Positions 42,134-53,851 of a stretch of 64,000 nucleotides of DNA are shown here, piece by piece. Made by a program: the position numbers and the translations under genes. The notes below the pieces were generated by a model. It searched no databases, was not told the DNA's origin, and worked only from the letters and a program-made list of their open reading frames with translations. Source of the stretch: an uncultured Desulfobulbus sp. (GTDB taxonomy: Bacteria > Desulfobacterota > Desulfobulbia > Desulfobulbales > Desulfobulbaceae); the NCBI GenBank assembly GCA_964639845.1, contig CAZXHS010000007.1, positions 140,940 to 204,939 of the forward strand, written 5' to 3'. The first letter of the stretch is position 1. Every line of letters begins with the position of its first letter.

Positions 42134-42508
42134 ATGAGTCGACAGCCGTTTTTTTTGCTGCTGATGCTGGCCCTGTTCTTTGTGGCCAATGTGCTGGCCG
42201 AGGACAAAATCAGTGCGGAGAAGAACGTCAGCGAGATGATTGCGCTGCTTGATTCCGGACGCGAGGCCTCCAGTGTTGCTCCCGACGCTTTTACGCCCTA
42301 TGTGTTTGTCATGGATCAGGACGGTCGCTTGCTGGTCCATCCCACCCTAGCCGGCGAAGACCTCAAGGAAAAAGCTCGGCCCATCTATGACATCCTACAG
42401 CAAGCCACCCCCGAAGGGCTGTGGGTGGAGTATTCCTGGAAAGGCAAAGATAAGCGCACGTTTATCAAGCGTTACCGGGAACGGCTTATCGTTGCCAGTG
42501 GCTATTGA
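42134..42508 (+). CDS. Small exported single Cache-like domain protein
   Basis: Signal peptide; YVFVMDQDGRLLVHP..G and GLWVEYSW Cache2-like motifs; GAGGAGG RBS. Confidence 0.7.
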   Translation: MSRQPFFLLLMLALFFVANVLAEDKISAEKNVSEMIALLDSGREASSVAPDAFTPYVFVMDQDGRLLVHPTLAGEDLKEKARPIYDILQQATPEGLWVEYSWKGKDKRTFIKRYRERLIVASGY

Positions 42509-42530
42509 TGCCTGATTTTCCCGGGGCTGA

Positions 42531-43544
42531 TTAGCGATATCCCTCGGGATTTTGTCGTTGCCAGCGCCAGGTGTCGGCACACATCTCCTTCAGCCCAAAC
42601 TGGGCCTGCCACCCAAGTTCAGCACTCGCCAGTGCAGGATCCGCATAGCACTGGGCGATATCACCGGGGCGACGGTCAGCGATGACATAGGGCACCGGTC
42701 GCCCACAGGCCTGGCTAAAGGCCGCCACCATCTCCAGCACCGAATAGCCTTGTCCCGTCCCCAGGTTATAAACCACCACTCCCGGCTTGTGCTCCAGTCG
42801 TGCCAAGGCGCTCAAGTGCCCTTTGGCCAAATCCACCACATGAATGAAATCGCGTACTCCGGTGCCATCCTTGGTGGGGTAATCGTTGCCAAAGACAGAA
42901 AGTCGTTCCAGCTTGCCGATAGCCACCTGGGCGATATAGGGCATGAGGTTATTGGGGATACCGTTGGGATCTTCACCGATACGACCGCTTGGGTGCGCAC
43001 CCACCGGATTAAAGTAGCGCAGTAGTACCACATTCCATAGAGGGTTGGCCCGGTGTAGGTCGCGCAAGATCTCCTCGGTCATCAACTTGGTGCGGCCGTA
43101 GGGATTGGTGCAGGAGAGGGGGAAGTCCTCGCGGATGGGCACGCTGGCCGGATCGCCGTAGACTGTGGCCGAAGAGGAAAAGACAATGTTGCGCAGGCCA
43201 TGCTCCTCCATCACCAGGCAGAGATTGAGGGTGGCGTCGAGGTTGTTGCGATAATACCGCAGCGGCTGCTGCACCGATTCACCAACGGCTTTGAGGCCGG
43301 CAAAGTGGATCACCGCCATGGCGTCGGCCAACTGGTGAAAGGTGGTTCGCAGCTGGTCGAGGTCACAGAGATCGATCTCGTAAAAGGCGATCGTTTGTCC
43401 GGTGAGTTCCTCGACGCGGCGTAGGCTCTCAAGGCTGGCGTTGCAAAGATTGTCGATGACGCTGACCCTGTGGCCGGCATTAAGCAATTCCAGGCAGGTA
43501 TGGCTACCGATATAGCCGGCGCCACCGGTGACGACAACATGCAT
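42531..43544 (-). CDS. galE: UDP-glucose 4-epimerase
   Basis: [26 protein letters not shown] and [10 protein letters not shown]. Confidence 0.96.
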   Translation of the reverse strand: MHVVVTGGAGYIGSHTCLELLNAGHRVSVIDNLCNASLESLRRVEELTGQTIAFYEIDLCDLDQLRTTFHQLADAMAVIHFAGLKAVGESVQQPLRYYRNNLDATLNLCLVMEEHGLRNIVFSSSATVYGDPASVPIREDFPLSCTNPYGRTKLMTEEILRDLHRANPLWNVVLLRYFNPVGAHPSGRIGEDPNGIPNNLMPYIAQVAIGKLERLSVFGNDYPTKDGTGVRDFIHVVDLAKGHLSALARLEHKPGVVVYNLGTGQGYSVLEMVAAFSQACGRPVPYVIADRRPGDIAQCYADPALASAELGWQAQFGLKEMCADTWRWQRQNPEGYR

Positions 43545-43740
43545 GATCGTTCTCCGTAAAGGACTGTGGTTGGAGCGGGGAAAGCTGGTCGACTTCCCAG
43601 GCAAAGTTTGCTATCTTTTACTCCGTATCCCCGGTGTTTGTCTTGTGAAAAGCTGGTTAGGATACGCGGCCTGTCGCCGGATCGGCTGGCGGTCGTTCAG
43701 GCTTGCACTTATTTAAATCAAGAAGTTAGAGGAGTCTCTC

Positions 43741-43926
43741 ATGCCCTACGTCAGTATTCGTGTCGCTGGCACACTCACCAAGGAGCAGAAAGCAAAAATC
43801 GCCAAGGGCGTAACCGACGTCATCGCCGAGGCCGCCAACAAACCCAAGGAAGCGGTGTTGCTGTTCATCGACGAGGAGTCCCGGGATAACATCGCCAAGG
43901 GTGGTGTGTTGCTCGAGGATATGTAA
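43741..43926 (+). CDS. 4-oxalocrotonate tautomerase family protein
   Basis: N-terminal Pro1 (MPYVSIR), 61 aa, C-terminal GG. Confidence 0.88.
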   Translation: MPYVSIRVAGTLTKEQKAKIAKGVTDVIAEAANKPKEAVLLFIDEESRDNIAKGGVLLEDM

Positions 43927-46219
<2,293 letters not shown>

Positions 46220-46296
46220 GTGCGTGACTGCCGGTAAACCGGTAGGTGCCGCCCAAAAGGATTGATCACCAAACAACAGCAAACGAGCCCACTTTC

Positions 46297-46548
46297 ATGA
46301 AAAAAGTACAAATTCCCACTGGTGAACCCGCCGGACGGATTGCCTGTTCCCAGTGCGGCAATACCAAAAATTTTGTCGAGATCGCCGAAAATGTCCTGGT
46401 GACCACCTATTACCAGCAAAACAACGACGGCTCCTTCACGCCGGAAGATAACACCACCGAGATCTTTGGCGAAGTGAAGTTTATCTGTGGCAAATGCGGT
46501 GAGGATCTGACCCGCTTTCATGCCCATTTTCTGGAGATGTCGTTTTAA
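46297..46548 (+). CDS. Small zinc-ribbon protein
   Basis: CSQCGN and CGKCG pairs in 83 aa. Confidence 0.7.
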   Translation: MKKVQIPTGEPAGRIACSQCGNTKNFVEIAENVLVTTYYQQNNDGSFTPEDNTTEIFGEVKFICGKCGEDLTRFHAHFLEMSF

Positions 46549-46675
46549 GCACCTGCTGATCACACCACCTGTGCCAGGAGTGATGGCAAAATGTGCGACG
46601 TCGTTAACAGGGGAAGGGGGCTAGGGAAAAGGACGGTGCGGCTGCCGGGATGGTCACAGGCGAGAATAAAAAACA

Positions 46676-46712
46676 ATAAAAAAGGCTGCCTTATGAAGGC
46701 AGCCTTTTTTAT
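46676..46712. terminator. Bidirectional intrinsic terminator
   Basis: ATAAAAAAGGCTGCCTT-ATG-AAGGCAGCCTTTTTTAT. Confidence 0.9.
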
Positions 46713-46734
46713 GCAACAAATGAACGACGAAGAA

Positions 46735-47055
46735 TCAGACGCAACCGGTGGGCTTGGGCAGACCGGCCATCTTACAGGCGCCTTTACCAGGGCCTGACGG
46801 GAACAGCTCGTAGATGCGCTTCAGCGGGAAGCCGGTGGTCTTGGAAAGGATACGAACCATGGGAGCAATACCATTCTTCTTGTAGTACTCCTGCAGAGCG
46901 TCGATGACTTTCTGGTGTTCGTCAGTGATGTCGGCGATGCCTTCAACGGTCTTGACGTAATCAACCCAGTTCTCATCCCACTCTTCGGCACCTTTCAACA
47001 GAAAGCCGTCTTCGTCAACCTCGTAGCTCTTGCCTTTGTGCTCAATACTTGCCAT
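46735..47055 (-). CDS. dsrC: Dissimilatory sulfite reductase-associated sulfur carrier DsrC
   Basis: VDEDGFL and LFPSGPGKGACKMAGLPKPTGCV with both C-terminal Cys. Confidence 0.95.
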   Translation of the reverse strand: MASIEHKGKSYEVDEDGFLLKGAEEWDENWVDYVKTVEGIADITDEHQKVIDALQEYYKKNGIAPMVRILSKTTGFPLKRIYELFPSGPGKGACKMAGLPKPTGCV

Positions 47056-47416
47056 GTGTTCCTCCTTGGCCAAAGTGTTTATTATTGATGTGTAATCAGA
47101 TCCAAATCTAAAAAATCACCAGTTAATTACTATAGGGGTGGGGCTTTGTCAAGCAAACACCCTGTTTTTTTTGAATGAGGCATCAGGCATTCATTCCCTC
47201 CAGTGGATGCGTGGGCGCTGGTGGGTCGGGCGGAGGCAAAAGGGTGGCGGTAATAGTTTCTGGCGTTGGTTACTCCACGTCATCGGTCTTTTTGCTGTGG
47301 ACGGTGGGCGAACTCTGTCGGTATCGACATTTTTCACTGGTAACTTACCCATAAATTGAACATAATACGCGGCTCAAACTCATTATCTGCCAAACGAGAA
47401 GGGAGAAGCATTGGTC

Positions 47417-49294
47417 ATGCTCAATATTATTCGGAAAAACGCCCAATCATTTGTCATTCAGGCGGTGGTGGTCATCATCGCCGTGGTCTTTGTTTTTTGG
47501 GGAGTGAGCAGCCAGCTGAAAAACCCGTCCAACGCGATGGCGGTGGTCAACGGTCAGGAAATTGGTTACCGCGAATTCATGCAGAGCTACGAGCGGGCGG
47601 TTGAGCAATACAAACAGCAGTTTGGCGGTCAGTTACCGGATAAATTTCTGGAAAGTATTCGCCTCAAGGAGCAGGTACTGGATCAACTGGTGCAGCGCGC
47701 ATTGCTGTTGCAAGGTGCCGGCGAGATGGGACTGAAGGTCAGCAAAGAGGCTATTCAACGCCAGATTCAGGGCATGGATGTTTTTATGCCTGGAGGCAAG
47801 TTCGACGAGGCTGTATATCGCACGGTATTGGAGCGTAACCACCTGTCGATAAAGAATTTTGAGGGCGGGATCCATGATGATCTGTTGACCCAGCAGGCCA
47901 GTGGCATGATCGGCTCCTTTGCCGAGCTGGTCCCGGGTGAGATGGAGCAGTGGCTGGACTATCTTGATCAGGAGATCAAGGTGGTCTATGTTCAATTCAA
48001 TGGTGAACAATACCGTAGCCAGGTGCAGGTGACAGACGAGGCACTGGCGAGTTGGTTCGAGGCCCATCAGCAGCAGTATAAAACCGCTCCTCAAGTTAAG
48101 CTCTCCTACCTTGGCTTTGCCTTTGCCGATGAGGCTAAACCGGCCTTGGTCAACGACGAGGCGATACGCACTTCTTATCAGGAGCATCTCAGTCAGTACC
48201 ACACCCCGGAACAGCGGCGGACCAGGCATATTCTTCTCAAGGTTGATGAAAGCGCTTCTGCCGAGGTCAAGGCTGCCAAAAAGGCCAGTGCTGAACAAAT
48301 CCTTGCGCAACTGCGACAAGGAGCGGATTTCGCCACCCTGGCCAAGCAGCACTCCGAGGATTCAAGCAAGGATCGCGGCGGCGATCTTGGTTTCTTTCGC
48401 AGCGGCCAGATGGTTGCCCCCTTTGAGCAAAGCGCCTTTGCCCTGAAAAAAGGGGAAGTGAGTGATGTCGTCACCACGCCCTTTGGCTATCACATTATCA
48501 AACTCGAAGAGATTCGCCCGGCGGCTACCCGTCCCATGGAAGAAGTGGTCGGTTCGATTCGTAAGGAGTTGGCCGACAAACAGGGCCAGATTGATGCCTT
48601 TAAAAAGGCCTCCTCCACCTACGAGGAGATCATTCGCGCCGGCAGCCTGGCCAAGTTCAGCGAACAGGGCGGGGTGGCGATTCAACACACCGAATTTTTT
48701 GCCCAGGACAATCCACCAAAGACAGCGATGGCCGCTGATCCTGCCCTCGTACAGGCCGCCTTTGCCCTGCGTAAGGGGGAACTGAGTTCCATCGTCGAGA
48801 CGGCCACCGGTTATGCCATCCTCTTTGCTGACGACACCAAGGAGCCGGCTGTGCCGGCACTGGAAAGCGTGCGCAGTAAAGTGTTAGCTGATTTTACCCA
48901 GGAAAAAGGGCGTGAACTGGCACGGGCCGCTGCTGAGGCCGCCCTCAAAAAGGCTTTAGAATCCGGCTCCTGGCCTGAAGGGGTAGAGAAAAAAGAGTCT
49001 GGTTATGTCAAGCGAACCGGAGCAGCCACCGGCCTGCCGGACACGCTCCGCCGTGATGCCTTTAGCCGCCTGGGGCGCAGCATCTTCCCCGAGCAGATTC
49101 TCCCAGAAGGAGACAGCTTTGCCCTGTACCAGATTCTTGATGCCCGCAAAGGCAAAAGCGATATAGATGGGGCCAAACGCGAGGCGATCAAGTCCCAGTT
49201 GCAGGCAAGCCAGGAAAAACTGCTGCTGGCCGCTATCCTCGGTCAACTGCGCAAAGAAGCCAAAATCTGGACCAATGCCAAGATGCTGCAATAA
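47417..49294 (+). CDS. ppiD: Periplasmic chaperone/parvulin PPIase, PpiD type
   Basis: N-terminal anchor, SurA_N-like region, RHIL...GGDLGF...FGYHII. Confidence 0.85.
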   Translation: MLNIIRKNAQSFVIQAVVVIIAVVFVFWGVSSQLKNPSNAMAVVNGQEIGYREFMQSYERAVEQYKQQFGGQLPDKFLESIRLKEQVLDQLVQRALLLQGAGEMGLKVSKEAIQRQIQGMDVFMPGGKFDEAVYRTVLERNHLSIKNFEGGIHDDLLTQQASGMIGSFAELVPGEMEQWLDYLDQEIKVVYVQFNGEQYRSQVQVTDEALASWFEAHQQQYKTAPQVKLSYLGFAFADEAKPALVNDEAIRTSYQEHLSQYHTPEQRRTRHILLKVDESASAEVKAAKKASAEQILAQLRQGADFATLAKQHSEDSSKDRGGDLGFFRSGQMVAPFEQSAFALKKGEVSDVVTTPFGYHIIKLEEIRPAATRPMEEVVGSIRKELADKQGQIDAFKKASSTYEEIIRAGSLAKFSEQGGVAIQHTEFFAQDNPPKTAMAADPALVQAAFALRKGELSSIVETATGYAILFADDTKEPAVPALESVRSKVLADFTQEKGRELARAAAEAALKKALESGSWPEGVEKKESGYVKRTGAATGLPDTLRRDAFSRLGRSIFPEQILPEGDSFALYQILDARKGKSDIDGAKREAIKSQLQASQEKLLLAAILGQLRKEAKIWTNAKMLQ

Positions 49295-49551
49295 GGCCGT
49301 CGTCTAGCTGCGGCTTCTTTGCCGCATGCGCTCTCCGGTGGCCGCACGTCTGCGTCTTTCCTAACTTTCGTCCGGGTGATGGATGAAGGAGACCCGGCAA
49401 CGTGCGCGGCAGCGATAGGCTCCTCTTTTTTTGTAGGCCGAGTGCCGAGAGCATCCCCATTTCGACCGCGCCATCTGATCTTTGTAAAACAGGCTGTTAA
49501 ACGAGATTTACTCGTCAGGTTTCCCCTTTATTCGATCCCTTTTTTGCTATT

Positions 49552-52500
49552 TTGAAAGATACCTCCCCACAACCACCACGGAAAACCAACACTTCCCAGG
49601 AAACCCCTGATCTGGGGGCCGTCATGGCCCTACCCCTCACCGAGCAACTCCTGCTGCAACTCGTTTCAATCATATACGAACCGGTGTCGGCTGCCTTTTT
49701 GGCCCGCTGTCTGCAATCCCTGGCCCCCAAATTTCTTGGCGACCAAAGACTCACCGCCGATGAAGTGGGCAACGTCATTGCCCGCCTGCGCCGTGCCGGT
49801 TTCCTCAATGGGAAAAATCAGTGTCCCGGTGTGCTGGCGGAAGAGTTGACCCGCCTGGCTATTGGCCAGAAACGTTTTGCCTCCATCGCCGCCCTGGTCG
49901 AGCGGGCAGCCCCGGTCAATTACCTGCAAGGCAAGTGGTCCACCCGTTGCTGGCGGGCCATCCGTCAGTTCCGGCTGGGCGTTTATCGCCAGGATTTTGA
50001 TAAGGTCGACGAGGCCCTGCTCTTTTGGGAAAAGGAGGGCCGCTATCAATTGGCCAGCGAGCCGCCGGCCGTGCTGGTGGCCGGTCGCGCCTTTGATGCC
50101 AAATGGTTTGCCGCCCTGCCGGGATCCTTTCAGTTCTTCCTTTTGGATGAGGTTATCCGTTATTCTCTGGAGCGGCTACGACCCTTTCCGCGCATCATCG
50201 CCTACCTCGCCGATGAGGGCATGCAGACCGTCTCCACCGATGAGCGCATCCCTTTTCGCCGTTTGCTGGCGGCCAGCTATCTGCTGCAAGGTCGATTTGG
50301 CGAGTTGCAGCAACTCTTGATCGACTATAGCGATTCCTTCCAAGGCTCGGGTTTCGCCGGAACTGTCGCCTTTCTTGGTGGCGACACCGAGCAAGCCCTG
50401 CATCTTTTTGAGGAAGACCTGTCCCACCTGCATCAGTTTTCCGGGGATGGGCCCTGTTTCTTCTTTGGCCTGACCGGGTTGTTCTGTGTTTTTGCCCTGC
50501 TCGCCCGCGACGCTGCCGGGGATCGTGATCGCGTCCGCGCCGCCCTGGATATCGTGCTCAAACGCTGCCACGGTTGCCCGGAGGAGATTCCTTACCGTTT
50601 CATCGAGGCGGTGCTGTGGGCCTCCGACGACGCCATGCCCGACATGCTGGCCCTCACCCAGGATCTGGTCAAGGACAAACGCAGCCTGAGTTCGCTGGTG
50701 GCCTTGCTCTGCCTCTACTGGATGGGGGTGGAGGTGCCGCCGGATTTTCAGGATATTTTACGGGCGCTGCACCGGCAGGCCAAGGTCGGCGGCTACCGAT
50801 GGGTTGCCATGGAGTCGGCGGAACTGCTGGCCACTCTGGATGGCGAACAATGGGAGGCAAAACAGGCGGCCGAGGACCTTTCGCAGTCGCTGCAATGTCG
50901 CTTCCTCACCCATATCATTGCCCCGCAAACCACCTGGAAAAAAAGCCTGCAAGAGTTGATCGATATCTCGGTGCGCCTGCGCGAGCCGCAACAGATGACC
51001 CGGCTCTGCTGGATGGTCGAATACGCCGACGGCATCCTGGAGTTGCACCCACGGGAGCAGAAAAAAACCTTTGCCAGCGGATGGTCCAAGGGCCGCACCA
51101 TCGCTTTCAAACGACTGTTGCGCGAGCATGATCTCGAATATCTCACCGACCAGGATCGCAATATTTGCGCTGCCCTGCAACAGACCGGAACCAGCAGCAA
51201 AAATGGCGGCTACATCTTTCAGCAGGATATTTCGCTACCGGCCCTGGTGGGCCACCCCTATGTGTTTTTGAAGCGGTCTCCGCAGACGCAGGTGGAGGTC
51301 GTCGTCGGTGAACCGGAACTGGTGGTGGAGCGCAAGGGCGACTCCCTGTTCATTCATTTTGCCCAGGATATTGGCGAAGGGAATGTCGCTGTGTGGGGAG
51401 AGACGCCGACCCGTTTCCGCATTATCAAGATCGAGGAGGCGCACCGCCGGGTGGCCGAGATCACCGGTCGCGACGGCCTGCTGGTGCCCATCGCCGCCAG
51501 TCGCCAGGTGTTGGAGGTAATCGGTAATATCGCCTCATTTATGACGGTGCATTCTGCCATCGATGTCCCCGGCGAAGGCTTGCCCGCCGAGCAGGTGGAG
51601 AGCGATGCCACCATCCACATCCACATCATTCCCTACGGCAGCGGCTTTCGCATCGAGCTTTTTGTACGGCCGTTCCGTAACGGCGGTCCCTATCTCAAAC
51701 CCGGTGCCGGCGTGGCCAACCTCATGGCCGAAATCAACGGGCGGCGGCTGCGCACCAAACGCAATTTGCGCCTGGAGGAGAAAAAGGCAAGGGAGATCGA
51801 GGAAAGCTGCCCGATGCTTGATTTGGCCATCGATTTCGAACAGGAAAACAAACGCGAATGGCACCTGCTCGATCCCGAGGAGTGTTTGCAGGTCCTGCTG
51901 GAGATCGAGGAGATCAAGGAACAGGTGGTGCTGGAATGGCCGGAGGGCGAGAAACTGGCGGTACGGCGGCAGGCCGGGGTTAATCAACTCAATCTCAACA
52001 TCCGCACCAGTCAGCAGGATTGGTTTTCGCTCTCCGGACAGTTGGAGATCGACCAGGACGAGGTCATCGAACTCAAAACTCTGCTCGACAAGGTGCGCGA
52101 GACCCGAAGCCGTTTCATCCCCATGGGCGATGGGCAGTTCGTCGCTCTCACCCAGGAGTTTCGCAACCGCCTGGAAGAGTTGATCCTCTACGGCAACAGC
52201 CAACCCGGCAACGAGAACGAGGTCAAGATTCATCCCCTAGCGGCCATTGCCCTGGAAGAGCTGGCCCACCAGGCGCAGACCAATGCCGACAAGGGCTGGC
52301 GGCAACGGTTACAGGCCATCGCCGAGGCACAGGAGATGACACCGCGCGTTCCTTCCACCCTCAAGGCCGAGTTGCGCGATTATCAGAAAGAGGGATTTAC
52401 CTGGATGAGCCGTCTCGCCCATCTCGGCGTTGGTGCCTGCCTTGCCGACGACATGGGCTTGGGTAAAACGCTGCAATCAATCACCATGATCCTCAGTCTG

Positions 52501-53742
52501 GCGCACCAGGGACCGACCCTGGTGGTGGCGCCCACCTCGGTATGCATGAACTGGGAAGCTGAGGTGCGACGATTTGCACCCACCCTCAATTTTCATCTCT
52601 TTTCCGAGGCCAACCGCGACGAGATCATTCCCACTTTGGGCAAGTTCGATCTGCTGGTGACCAGTTACACCCTGCTGCAGCAGGAGATCGAACTGCTCTC
52701 CCAGGTGAAATGGCAGTCGGTGGTGCTGGACGAGGCGCAGGCCATCAAGAACGCCGCCACCAAACGCTCCAAGGCGGCGATGCGCCTGGATAGTCGCTTT
52801 CGCCTGCTGACCACCGGCACGCCCATCGAGAACCATCTCGGCGAGTTGTGGAACCTGTTTGCCTTTATCAATCCAGGCCTGCTGGGCACATACAAGCAGT
52901 TCAACCGCCGCTTTGGTATCCCCATTGAAAAGCACCATGATCGGGAAGCGCGTCGCACTTTGAAGAAATTGATTCGGCCGTTCATGCTGCGCCGGATCAA
53001 GTCCCAGGTGCTGGAAGAGTTGCCGCCGCGTACCGAAATCACCCTGCGGGTGGAGATGGGGCCAGAGGAGATGCAGTTCTATGAGGCCCTGCGTCAGCAG
53101 GCCATTGAAAACATTGAGGGCAGCAGCGAAAAGACCGGGCGCCACCTGCGTATTCTGGCGGAGATCATGCGCTTGCGACGTGCCTGCTGCAATCCCCGAC
53201 TTATCAACGACCAGGTCGAGATTCCCTCGACTAAGTTGCAGGTCTTCACCGAAACTGTGGAGGAACTCCTGGGCGGCGGGCACAAGGCCCTGGTGTTCAG
53301 CCAATTCACCGGCCACCTGGCGCTGATCCGTGAGTTTCTCGATAGCCGCAACATCAGTTACAAGTACCTGGACGGCACCACACCGGCCAAGGAACGGCAG
53401 CACCAGGTGGATCGTTTCCAGGCCGGCGAGGGCGATCTCTTCCTCATCAGCCTCAAGGCCGGTGGCCTGGGCTTGAATCTCACCGCTGCCGATTACGTCA
53501 TCCATATGGATCCCTGGTGGAACCCTGCGGTGGAGGATCAGGCCGCGGACCGTGCCCACCGCATCGGGCAGAAGCGGCCGGTCACTGTGTATCGTCTGGT
53601 CACCGCCAATACCATCGAGGAAAAAATCGTGCGCCTGCACCAGGAGAAGCGCGATCTCGCCAATTCCCTGCTCGAAGGTGCCGATGTCAGTACCCGCATC
53701 AGCGCCGAGGAACTGCTGGAACTGATTCGCTCCAACAACTGA
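49552..53742 (+). CDS. SNF2-family helicase/ATPase with a long N-terminal region
   Basis: LADDMGLGKT, DEAQ, TGTPIEN, SLKAGGLGLN and QAADRAHRIGQ; start uncertain. Confidence 0.92.
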   Translation: MKDTSPQPPRKTNTSQETPDLGAVMALPLTEQLLLQLVSIIYEPVSAAFLARCLQSLAPKFLGDQRLTADEVGNVIARLRRAGFLNGKNQCPGVLAEELTRLAIGQKRFASIAALVERAAPVNYLQGKWSTRCWRAIRQFRLGVYRQDFDKVDEALLFWEKEGRYQLASEPPAVLVAGRAFDAKWFAALPGSFQFFLLDEVIRYSLERLRPFPRIIAYLADEGMQTVSTDERIPFRRLLAASYLLQGRFGELQQLLIDYSDSFQGSGFAGTVAFLGGDTEQALHLFEEDLSHLHQFSGDGPCFFFGLTGLFCVFALLARDAAGDRDRVRAALDIVLKRCHGCPEEIPYRFIEAVLWASDDAMPDMLALTQDLVKDKRSLSSLVALLCLYWMGVEVPPDFQDILRALHRQAKVGGYRWVAMESAELLATLDGEQWEAKQAAEDLSQSLQCRFLTHIIAPQTTWKKSLQELIDISVRLREPQQMTRLCWMVEYADGILELHPREQKKTFASGWSKGRTIAFKRLLREHDLEYLTDQDRNICAALQQTGTSSKNGGYIFQQDISLPALVGHPYVFLKRSPQTQVEVVVGEPELVVERKGDSLFIHFAQDIGEGNVAVWGETPTRFRIIKIEEAHRRVAEITGRDGLLVPIAASRQVLEVIGNIASFMTVHSAIDVPGEGLPAEQVESDATIHIHIIPYGSGFRIELFVRPFRNGGPYLKPGAGVANLMAEINGRRLRTKRNLRLEEKKAREIEESCPMLDLAIDFEQENKREWHLLDPEECLQVLLEIEEIKEQVVLEWPEGEKLAVRRQAGVNQLNLNIRTSQQDWFSLSGQLEIDQDEVIELKTLLDKVRETRSRFIPMGDGQFVALTQEFRNRLEELILYGNSQPGNENEVKIHPLAAIALEELAHQAQTNADKGWRQRLQAIAEAQEMTPRVPSTLKAELRDYQKEGFTWMSRLAHLGVGACLADDMGLGKTLQSITMILSLAHQGPTLVVAPTSVCMNWEAEVRRFAPTLNFHLFSEANRDEIIPTLGKFDLLVTSYTLLQQEIELLSQVKWQSVVLDEAQAIKNAATKRSKAAMRLDSRFRLLTTGTPIENHLGELWNLFAFINPGLLGTYKQFNRRFGIPIEKHHDREARRTLKKLIRPFMLRRIKSQVLEELPPRTEITLRVEMGPEEMQFYEALRQQAIENIEGSSEKTGRHLRILAEIMRLRRACCNPRLINDQVEIPSTKLQVFTETVEELLGGGHKALVFSQFTGHLALIREFLDSRNISYKYLDGTTPAKERQHQVDRFQAGEGDLFLISLKAGGLGLNLTAADYVIHMDPWWNPAVEDQAADRAHRIGQKRPVTVYRLVTANTIEEKIVRLHQEKRDLANSLLEGADVSTRISAEELLELIRSNN

Positions 53743-53779
53743 GCAGTCCTTTCCCTTTCCCTTTCCCTACACAGAAAAG

Positions 53780-53829
53780 AAAAACCCCTCGCCCCCGGAT
53801 CGTTGCAGACCGGGGACGAGGGGTTTTTT
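53780..53829. terminator. Bidirectional intrinsic terminator
   Basis: AAAAACCCCTCG...CGAGGGGTTTTTT between convergent genes. Confidence 0.8.
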
Positions 53830-53851
53830 GTTGCTCGGTGTTGGGAGCTAT

